64,000 nt of DNA, taken from NCBI GenBank assembly GCA_012295275.1, contig CM022665.1, positions 4,526,001-4,590,000 on the forward strand. The letters run 5' to 3'. Position numbers and translations under genes: made by a program. Shown piece after piece: positions 53,260 through 64,000 of the stretch; position 1 is the first letter of the stretch, and each line of letters begins with the position of its first letter. A model generated the notes under the pieces. That model ran no database searches and had not been told where the DNA came from. It saw nothing but the letters and a program-made list of their open reading frames with translations. The stretch is from Chrysomallon squamiferum. Lineage: Eukaryota > Animalia > Mollusca.

Positions 53260-54325
53260 ATGAGAATTGCTTTCCTCTTTGTGCTCGTTGCGGTGTTTGC
53301 TGTTCTAAACCAGGGTGAAGCTTGGCGTCGGTTTCGTATTAGAATTCGATGGAGGCGAGTCAGAGATTGGGCAAAACGTGCAGCTGTAAACTGGGCTCTA
53401 AAGAAAGCAGCAACATTGGCAGTAGCGGCTGCTGGAAAGCGAGGTATGTGTTCTCAATTTAGATTCTTATTAAAATTAAATACGTTTTCTTTATTATTAT
53501 GCGTCCATACTAGGTATTTCTTGTATATATTTTGAAACAGAAAGGTTACCGTTGTCCCAAAACTTGTTTTACAGTGATTTTTGTTCCAGCATCAAAGTTA
53601 AATTGAACCGAATTTCTAAAAGGTTAATTTACGCTATCCTGTTTCTGCTTCACTATTAGTTGAGTCCTCTTATCCACTGTATTGTGTATATATGATCATA
53701 ATATAGGAAATATCATTTTTAAGGAATTTATTTCAGATGTGTCTGGTCTTGACACGAACATGGACGGATTTCTCGACAAAGAGGAACTTGAGAAAATAAT
53801 GAGTGAACGAGACGTTGAGGATTTCATGGCTCTTGTTGACGAGAATGGTAAATTTATTCTTAATTTATAAAAAAAAAAACCTAATCAGGATTTGATTGAT
53901 CAACAACGGCGTTTAGCGAAATAATTTAATATATTAGTTCTTCTAAACAAATGACATTGCTGGAGTTTGAAAATAACAGAACAGAAAACATGATAATGAT
54001 TTTCAGCATATCAAAAATGATTATATTTATTCAAAGAGGGATTATGGAGAAGAAATTAAAGTAAAACAACCAAGTAAAATCTGTCATATAAAGTTCAACA
54101 ACAGTCACTGTTTGAAATGATTGGCTTATGACTGCTGATAAAATTCTGAGACAGATTTCTTATCGCCTGAGAGAATTTAAATTCAAGTAAAAATACAAAT
54201 TCTGTAATATTATATTTACTCACTACTACTACTACTACTTATTATTATTATTATTACTAGGAAACTCTCAGATTACAACTGACGACTTTCAGAGAGTGGT
54301 CAGAGAACTGAACGAGATGCAATAA
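53260..54325 (+). CDS. Precursor subtype B copy 4 (119 aa), with a D3-like 3' end
   Basis: Exons 53260-53443, 53737-53847 and 54261-54325; same protein as B1. Exon 4 (GTG codon, TAA stop) and the downstream flank match D3. Confidence 0.92.
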
Positions 54326-54437
54326 AAGAAGAGGTTTGTTTAAAATTAGAAAAATGTGTCTTTTTAAAGTGTCTGTCTTCTTCTTCTTCTTCCTCCTCCT
54401 GTTTCTTCTTCTTCTTCTTCTTCTTCTTCTTCTTCTT

Positions 54438-54468
<31 letters not shown>

Positions 54469-56990
54469 TTGTTATTATTATTATACAGTTTGTTAATATT
54501 TGAGGAAAACATTGGTTATTTTGAACTTTCTTCTTCGTTTTATCATTATCAATGTTGATTTGTCACCGTTGTTATTCTTTTTACTGTTTTATTCACAACT
54601 AAAAATCTTGATCATTTTTAAAACATTAAAATTCCTAAACATTTTATCATTTAATTACGTTTTTTCTTTCTTTTAACAGATTGACTCGAATAGAAAAAGA
54701 CGATTTACAGAAATAAAATAAAACAATATAATTACAAATGTTTTAGTTCTTATTTATTTATATTTAATTTAATATCTTATATTCTCAGAGAAAACGTAAT
54801 TTCTAGAAGCAGGTTTCAATCAATACTTTCATAAAGAGATAAACCAGTGAAACAGAAATCGTTTGTGTTACCTGTTAAAGCTCAACATGAGATAATTTTC
54901 ATGTAGGCAGTTTTGTTGTTGTTTTTTTTGTAGAAGGGACGAATCATTGTTTAGGTAATAGCGAGAGTTTCCGAAACAGTAGGTAAATGTTTATAATTTG
55001 AAATCAAAATTTTACACGATACTGAGAGAGCCATAGAGAAAATAAACTTCTAAATTGCTTTGATTCTTTGTCATGTAGTATCCTCAAAGAATGCTGTTTC
55101 AGCATCTTTCCCGCCGTTTGCGCTCATGATATCAAGGGAAGCTACTCCATCATAAGATATTTTAGCCTACGTATTTTTTTCGTATACAGCAAATCCATTA
55201 GGCAGGATTTTTTCTCAGTCGTTGTGAATGAAAGAGTAAACGAGAGGATACACAAACACGTGGACATCATTTTTATTTTATTTTAATTTTTTACTTTTTT
55301 GAGACGTGCAAGTAGGAACCCCACTGATAGTCTGCGTCCTGCAGATGTAGAGAAGATACGTACAAGCACGAAATGTAATTCTTCCTTCAATTTGTTTAGT
55401 GAAAACAGATACACGTCTGCTTACTTATGTGCTGTTTGCTCAGAATTTTGAAACCACTTGTATAGGTGGAAAGATAACACGATGTTTGTGTGATTGTACT
55501 GTTAACAAGATACGAAATAACATGTTCAGAAAATCAGTTATTGTTAACTCATCTAACAACATCCTGTTTCACATTATTCGACACAAATCATATAGACTAG
55601 TACGTTTAACAGACCAAATGTTTCGAAAAACTTGGTTAAATCGCCTATATCTTGAAATAACAATATTTGAAAACTGCAGCAGAGCAGATTAATTAACATT
55701 AATATTAAAAAATACAATATTTAATTCTTAATGGTAACAGTTAGGTAATTTTCTGTTAAGATATCTACAGATTCGCAGTCTATGGGTGTATCGGTGTGAA
55801 TGTTCGAACCATGTCATTCATTACTGGAGGTACGGATCGAGTATTGTGTCACGTATGGAAAACATCCATTATTCCGGTGATACTGAACAGCTTGCTGCAG
55901 ACCTGCAAGAATTAGTCTGCCAAAGTCCACTGAAGTCAACTTCACATAAGAAGCAAAATTCTGGATTTATTCAGTGTCATTTAATTCACAGTCCTATATA
56001 ATTGACCGTCAACATAGGAAAGAAAATAAAACAGGTGCTGGTCTGAGGTGCCAGTGGAACCTTGCATATATAAATCCATTGCTGAAATTTTATCATGAGG
56101 TCTTAGAGAAAATAAACTTTTAATTTTCATCCTTTGTCATCTAGCAAAAGAATTCTGTTTCAATCTTGAGAAATATATAAAGGGAAGCTAAACATCATAA
56201 CATATTCTAGCCTCCGTATTTTTTCATACACAGTGATTCCATTAGGAAGGAAACAGTCACTTTGTTCCAGAAAACTCTTTCTAAATGTGAACAAGATGAT
56301 ACAGCAGTGTCCAAATTAAATAATCCGCCCCTGATAACCTCTGTGAAGATCGTAATGCGAAATGCTTCATTAATATTAAAAGATGGAATAGAAATGCGGT
56401 CATATGCTATTTATTCATTTGCCATTGGATCTTTTAATACCTTGGTCATGAATCTCACGTCGTCCACAAATGAAGAAACAGAAAAACAGGAAAACGTGCG
56501 CATTCTTTTTGTTTATCATTTAACAGACATCCATTGTGTCTGTTATACGTACATGAATTAAAACTAGTCACTGATTGTGCATTCTTTTTTGTTTATCATT
56601 AACAGACATCCATTTATCGCTGTTCACTGCATAAACATTTGTTGCTCCGGTATACTTTTCAGAAACGAACTCTTGTTTGTGACGCATTTTCGTGTGCGTG
56701 TGTCTGTGCATGTGTGTGTGCGTGTCTGTGTGTGTGTTCGTGCACAGGCATTGTTTCGCTGACACCAAAAGAAGTAGAAAGAACGCACATAAGAGTATGA
56801 AAAGTATTAATAAATAGATTTTTTACGATTATGCGACAATTATTAAATTCTATTAAACATCACCTTTGCATCACTGTTTTACGAGTTACTTGCTCAACAA
56901 AATCACCAAGTTTTGTTAAATTGAAACAGAATATGGAAATAATTATAGTGCTGTTGAATGTATGATCTAAGATGTGCATGATTTACTTTT

Positions 56991-57031
<41 letters not shown>

Positions 57032-57672
57032 TATATGTATCTCATTTCTACAAAACTTTTATTGACGAATATGTTTCACTGTGTTCATGAGTAAATCACA
57101 CTTAAACGTTTCTCTTTCGGTTTTCACAGATGATAAAGCTGCAGAGGGAAACAAAAATTCAAAGTTAAAGAAAAGGAAAAAAGAGAAAGACAGTTCCATC
57201 TAATCAGGTTGTATGTTGTTTTCTAAACAAATTAAAACAAAACAAAAAATGTATGTCTGTATATTTATTTTTATTCAGTACGTGGTTTATTTTTTTTATG
57301 TTACTAAAGATCTTCATGTTGTTTCGAGAATAATCTGTCAAAGAAAAAATATATGATTGATTGAAACACACAAATACTTAAACAAAGCATTATTATTATT
57401 ATTATTATTATCACTTTTCAAATAGTTAAATATAGTTTTCATCAATGTTAATATGGAACAAGTATAAAATCATAATGAAACCGCGCCAAAACAAAGGAAA
57501 TAAATAAATTTAAAAAACAAAGAAAAAGAAAACCTTTATGTAAACCCCTCTAACAAAAACCCGATGAAAAAATACGAAAGAAACCCCAAAAACATCTGTT
57601 AAGCAGTCAATAATTATTATAGTTTTAAAAGTACAACAACAACAACAAACAATAACAACAACAACAACAACA

Positions 57673-57721
<49 letters not shown>

Positions 57722-57957
57722 TAATAATAAAAAAATAATAATAATAATAAAAAAAAGCAAAAACAAAACCTGTATGTACACCCCTCGAACAAAAACCCGA
57801 TGAAATAAATATGAAAGAAGCACAAAATAAATAATAATAATGATCATGATGATAATGATAATGGAGCGAAATAATAGAAACAAATCAAGTAAAATAGAAA
57901 TAATAGTAATGGGTATTTATCAATAAAAACATCAAATCCAACGAACCTCTTCTGTTT

Positions 57958-58800
57958 CTACTCCATTTCACTTAGATCTCTGACCATTCTCTGAAATTCG
58001 TCAGTCGTAATGTGTGCATTGTCTAAAACGAACAAACAAACATAAATAAATTATAATGTCCATTAAATATCAAATTTGAAAGGAAAAGAAGAAAACAGTC
58101 ATTACTCTTTACTGTACTTTTTAAAGCACCTTAATCTTTACGGAAATAAAAATGCATATTTCAGATAGACACAGTTATTATTTTCTTTCTTTTTCAGAAG
58201 TAATCTGAATATTTTTTCATTAAATAATTTACACTTGTAATATCGTTTATGATTAATGGTAGATTTCTATTTCACGTTAAAAATAGGTTTACCTTCGTCA
58301 ACAAGAGCCAACAAATCCTCAGCATCTCGACGACTCATTATTTTCTCAAGTTCTTCTTGGTCTAAGAGTCCATCATTGTTGGTGTCGATCTCGGAAACAT
58401 CTGAAACAAATATATATTATACATAAATTAGAACTGTATTTTTACATAGAAAATATCAACTGACCTGACAGTTAAAGTTTAGTTCTGACACTAAAATGAT
58501 GTTGAGTTCTTAAGCAAAAGTGAACGACGTAATTCTGTTCAGAAGCTAAAGGTAATTTTTTAATACTTTTTCCAGACTTAAATTTAACTTAAACTACATG
58601 GAACTTCCTTTCCAGTGCATACCTCGCTTCCCATTAGCAATCCAGTCTTTTCCTTTTCTGTAAGCCCAGTCTAGAGCTTTACGTTTTGCCCAATCTCTGA
58701 CCCTTCTCCATCGGATTCTGATACGGAAACGACCCCAGGCATCAGCCTCGTTCAGGACAGCGAATACCGCTACGAGTACAAGGAGCAGGGCAACTCTCAT
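57958..58800 (-). CDS. Precursor subtype C copy 3 (116 aa)
   Basis: Exons 58800-58623, 58400-58293 and 58022-57958; the propiece starts DVSE (I->V). Confidence 0.92.
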
Positions 58801-59068
58801 CTGAAGAAGAACAAAATACGTTTTAGAACATCTCACAGTCCAGTAGGTTCTGAAGGTTAAAATTAAATACTATCTGAAGGGTTTTTTTTCATTATTTCAT
58901 TATCATTTTATCTAATTCATTATGCTTTTTTTTTTTTTTTTTTCACGTTTACTTCCCTTTCTTTATATATAGTGACAGATATCTTTACAGTCACAGTTTC
59001 AGATAAAGAATGATAAATAAGCAATGACTTTGTCTTTCGGCAGATCAATAATATACTGTATTCATTCC

Positions 59069-59167
<99 letters not shown>

Positions 59168-60038
59168 TAAAATAATGAGTTAGAAGAGATAAAAGCTATG
59201 ACTTACCTTTAAGTCTGAAATCGGTTATTCAGGTAAAGAATGAATCAAAATGTTATATGCTCGGTATATTTATATTAAATTGGTGTTGATATTTTCACAT
59301 AGACCAGAGAGAAAGAGTGTGAGAACCTTTCACCGTGACCATCCTCTAAAACAATTTTGTGAGAAAATTATTAATGTCAAGATCCTGTTAAAACAATCTG
59401 TTGCGTCTGTTGAATTAATTAATACGGTCACGTTACCGATGGCGATGTTTTATAAACTAATTCCAGAATTATTAGAGCAGACAGACGCAAGTGTTTTTTC
59501 TGGATCTAATGCTAAATTAATTATCTCTAATATTAGATTGACATACAGAAAATATAACGTATTATTCTTTTTCTGTTTTCCTTTCACCACTAGTTCCCTT
59601 ATTATTTAATTTTATTTTTTATTTCATTTTTGTTGCTGTTTTGGGTTGTTTGGTGTTTCTTTAGTTTCTGTTATTCATATATTTATGTTTTGGCTGCAAT
59701 TATTTTGAAAGTCCGAACACATTAAAACCAATGAATAAAATTTTGATTATGAAAATCAAAAAAAAAAAAAAAATGTTTATGAAAGAATCAGAAACTCAGA
59801 AACCGTGTACTACATGGTATGTCTGTATGTATGTGTGTGTTTATAAGTATTCTTCTATGTAATAATAAACTGCTTGACAACAGTAGAATTAACAAGAACA
59901 CAAATATGGATAAGTAAATTACTAAATAAATACATTTTTTCAGAATTTAAAAAATATATAATAAGACAATAATTTAGAGATTTGTATACAGAAAGTCTTG
60001 TTCAGTAACCTGACAATTTTGCCTTAAACTATTAACTA

Positions 60039-60530
60039 GCAACAGATTGTTTTAACAGGATCTCTGTATTGATGTTTTCACACTTACTTCTTCATCATAG
60101 CAGAAACAAAATCACAATTTAGTATAAATGGATGGACTGCTATAACTACTTTATTAGCCTTTTATTTGTATAGGGATCAGTTTACAGTTCAAAGGTAAGA
60201 ACTATTTATATATTTTTTTTTTATTCTCAGATAACTTTATTAAGATGGAAAATATAATAAAGTTCAACAAAACTGTCACTGTTTGATGTGACTGGCTTGT
60301 GACTGCTGATAAAATTCACAGAGAAATTTAAATTCAAATTTCTGATTTAAAATGTAAATAACATTATATATCCTTATGTCATATTTGTTTGTAATACTGA
60401 CATTAACAAAACATTCATATTACTATTGTTGTTGTTGCCATTATTATTATTATTATTATTATTATTATGACAGAATGGATGCCAATAGTGAAAGAAATAT
60501 TTACAAAAAAATAAAATAAAACCAGAAAAT
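60039..60530 (+). pseudogene. Orphan D-type locus: promoter, exon 1 and a last-exon homologue, with all coding exons deleted
   Basis: Motif 60039-60060, TATAAA at 60123, donor at 60195, then intron-3-derived sequence (aagttcaacaaaactgtcactg...) and a CAG acceptor at 60471-60473 followed by exon-5-like sequence with AATAAA. Confidence 0.72.
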
Positions 60531-62299
60531 TGCAAATGTTTTTGTTTTTGTTGATTTATATTTAATTTATTGTATATTATTCTTAGACAAAATTAAATTT
60601 TTCAGTCTAGATAAACGTCTGAATTGGTGCTTTCATACTTACATGGAACAGAACAAATTATTTTGATATCGTTAGTGTTAGTTGTAAACTTTTAAAACGA
60701 CATAGTTTGTATGGAGACAATTTCTAATAAGCTCTGTGGTAGGTCAAACACAAGTTAACAGACGATACGTTTACGCATGCGTGTAACTGATACTTCAATT
60801 TATCTAATTGAAAGTCAGTCACGTTTTGCCACATAGCTGTTGTTTTCACAGTATGTGGAAACCAGATTTTATAAAAAGAAAGATAACATGTGTGATTGTA
60901 CTGTTAACATGATACTGACTATCACGTTCTGAAGATTAGTTATTCTTAACTGTTCTAACAGCATCCTGTTTCACATTATTCAACAAATCATAAATACAGT
61001 AGACACGCAGTTTAACAGAAAAGTTTTACGGGAAAAGTTTTGAGATAAGAATATTTGAATACTGTAAGAGAACAGTTTAAATAACATAAATACCTAAACA
61101 TGCAATATTTAATTGTTAGAGAGATAATTTTCTGTAAACTGATATACAGATTCGCAGTGTTTGGTGGGTGGGTGTGAATCATCCAATCACGCCATCCATT
61201 ACTAGCGGTTCATTTCAAGTGTCGTATCATCTGTTGAAGACATCCATTATTCCAGTGATACTGAGCAGCTTGCTTCAGACCTGCAATAATTAGTCTGCCA
61301 AAGTCCACTTAAACTAAATTTCTGGATTTATTCAGTGTGATTTAATTCACACGCCTGTGTATTTGCCGTTTACAAAGAAAACAAATGAAAACTGGTGTGA
61401 TGTGTCATGGTACCTTGTGTAGCTAAATACTTTGCAGCTGATTTATCATCAGCACTTTCCCGTGTTTTAGCACCAACCCAGGATCTTTGGGACTAGAATG
61501 GTCAACGCATTTCACTGATTGTGCATCTTTTTTTGTTTGTCAGTATCAGTCATCCGTCTGTTGCTGTTCACAGCATAAACATTTATTGCTCCGATATACT
61601 TTTCCAAAACAAACTGTTATTGGTCATGCATTGTGTGTGTGTGTGTATGTGTGTAAGTGTGTCTGTGCTTGCGCGTTCACCGGCATTGTTTTTCTGACAC
61701 CATCAGAAGTAACAAGAACGCATGTTAGAGCATGCAAAGTATTAATAAATTTTTCTGACGATTATGTGATAATTATTAAATTCTATTAAACATCACCTTT
61801 GCATCAATATTTTAAGAGTTATTTCCTCTACAAAATCACCACGTTTTGGTGAACTCAAACAGAATATGGAAATAATTATAGTACTCCTTAACGTTTGATC
61901 TAAAATGCTCATGATTTATTTTTGCACACACACACAGAGATAGATGTATATCTGATTTCTACAAAACCTTTTACTAACGAATATATTTCATGGGTAAATC
62001 ACTCTTAAACCTTTTCCTTTAGGTTTCAATAGATCATAAAGCTACAGAGCAAAATAAAAATAACAGAAAAGGAAAAAAGAGATAGACGAGTTTTCTATGG
62101 TTAAAACACATCTATGTAATCCAGCTATATGTTGCTTTCTAAACAAGCTACAACAACAAAAAAACTGTATGCGTTTATTTTTTTATTCAGTACGTGGGAT
62201 CTTTTCTTTAATTTTACTAAAGATCTTCATGTTCTTTCCAGTATAATCTGTCAAAGGAAAAATATATATTGATTCAAACAAATAAATATATTAACCGGA

Positions 62300-62335
<36 letters not shown>

Positions 62336-62775
62336 TTTTTCAATACTTAAACAAAGTGCTCATCAGTGTTAATATGGAAAAAATATAAAATGATAAGAAA
62401 ACCGCATCAAAACATCGGACACAAATATGACCACAAAAAATAAATAAATTAATTAATAAATTAATTAATAAATAAATAAACAAAAAACCGATTGAATCAG
62501 ATAAAAAGAAACATAAAAGCAATTTATTATGCAATGAATAACTATTATCTTTCGAAAGTATAATAATAATAATAATAATGATAATAATAATAATAATAAT
62601 AATGATGATGAAGAAGAAGAAGAAGAATGATGATGATGATGATGATAATTATAATAACTGAGCCAAATAATATAAAAGTAAAAACAAAATAAAATAAAAT
62701 AATAAGAATAGTAACACGTATTTTGAATGAGACGTATAAGTAAAAAATTTCCAGTCAGACGAACCTCTTCTGTTT

Positions 62776-63583
62776 CTATTCCATTTCACTCAGATCTCTG
62801 ACCATTCTCTGAAATTCGTCAGTTGTAATGTGTGTATTGTCTAAAACAAACAAACATAAATAAATTATAATGTCCTCTAAGTATGAGCTCTCAAAGAATA
62901 ATAAAAAAAATATTATTTACCTATTTTAAATAGAAATATCTATTTTTGATAATAATAATAATAATAATAATAATAATTAATAATAATAATAATAAAAATT
63001 ATTATTATCTTATCCCTTTTAGAACAAATCTAAAGATTTTCCTTAAATATCTTACACTTGTAATATTCTTTATCATTAATACTAAATGTTTATTTAAGAA
63101 TATTTTCACCTCCGTCAACAAGAGCCAACAAATCCTCAGCATCTCGACGACTCATTATTTTCTCAAGTTCTTCTTGGTCTAACAGTCCATCATTGTTGGT
63201 GTCGATCTCGGAAATATCTGAAACAAATATATATTATACATAAATTAGAACTGTATTTAATTCTGACATGAGATTGTGGTTGATTGTTATTTCTCACATA
63301 CTCTCATTTCTTAAGCATGGTGACTGAACTTCAGTTTAAAAATCTGATGATTTTTCTCAACTTAAATTTAACGTGAACTAAATGGATATCCCGTTCCAGT
63401 GCATACCTCGCTTCCCTCTCGCAATCCAGTCTTTTCCTCTTCTGTAAGCCCAGTCTAGAGCTTTACGTTTTGCCCAATCTCTGACCTTTCTCCATCGGAT
63501 TCTGATACGAAACGACGCCAGGCATCAGCCTCGTTCAGGACAGCGAATACCGCTACGAGTACAAGGAGCAGGGCAACTCTCAT
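62776..63583 (-). pseudogene. Precursor subtype C copy 4, diverged, with a 1-nt deletion in the mature-peptide exon (pseudogene or assembly error)
   Basis: Exon 63583-63407 is 177 nt against 178 in C1-C3 (TTCGTATC versus TTCCGTATC near 63509), giving an early TAG. Exons 63217-63110 and 62840-62776 are intact. The promoter would lie beyond the window. Confidence 0.8.
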
Positions 63584-63800
63584 CTGAAGAAGAACAAAAT
63601 ACGTTTTAGAACATCTCACAGTCCATTAGGTTCTGAAGGTAAAAATTAAATACTATCTGAAGGTCAACAATATATTTGACCTACTGTTCTCATCTGAAGA
63701 AGAACAAAATACGTTTTAGAACATCCTACAGTCCAGTAGATTCTGAAGGTTAAAATTAAATACTATCTGAAGGTCAACAATATATTTCACCTATTGTTCA
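63578..63800 (-). repeat. 110-bp tandem duplication of the C-type intron-1 acceptor plus ATG
   Basis: ctcatctgaagaagaacaaaatacgttttagaacatc...gaaggtcaacaatatattt is present twice (ATG at 63583 and 63693). Confidence 0.85.
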
Positions 63801-64000
63801 TAATACAGAGAATATTTATTTCATTGTAATTTGATTTAATCCATTAATTTTTTTTATTTCTTTTGTCCGTCTCTCTGTGTTCGCGTTTTCGTTCTTTTCA
63901 CTCTACATATACAGAGATATATTGATATTCTCAGGTTGAAATAAAGAAGTAATAGATAAACAAACATTTTGTCTTTAGACTGATGCAAAATTTTATCTAT

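Overview
AT-rich, microsatellite-rich eukaryotic (invertebrate animal, plausibly lophotrochozoan; not determinable from the window) DNA with spliceosomal introns. The first 7 kb holds two large single-exon ORFs (2217-3656, 5963-7114) that share an N-terminal motif and look like old tandem paralogues. From 8 kb to the end is a segmentally duplicated array of 16 small five-exon genes. Each encodes one precursor: a 21-aa signal peptide, a 35-37-aa Trp/Arg-rich cationic peptide (WRRFRIRIRWRRVRDWAKR..., net +9 to +11), a G-K-R amidation/convertase site, and a 57-58-aa acidic propiece (net -12 to -15 in A1, B1 and C1) built as a pair of EF-hands. The best reading is an antimicrobial or cytolytic peptide family carrying its own Ca2+-binding neutralising domain. 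There are four main subtypes (A x4, B x4, C x4, D x3) and one variant (E) with a different mature peptide. Genes alternate strictly in strand as head-to-head pairs: a charged-tail peptide on the minus strand, an Ala-rich-tail peptide on the plus strand. They share a TATA box and a 22-bp upstream motif. Fourteen ORFs are intact, B3 is truncated, C4 is frameshifted, and two orphan promoter/exon-1 remnants remain. Decayed Tc1/mariner fragments and duplicated tails of the 5963-7114 gene mark the duplication units. Exon structures were derived by hand from GT/AG sites and cross-copy conservation; function is inferred, not demonstrated.
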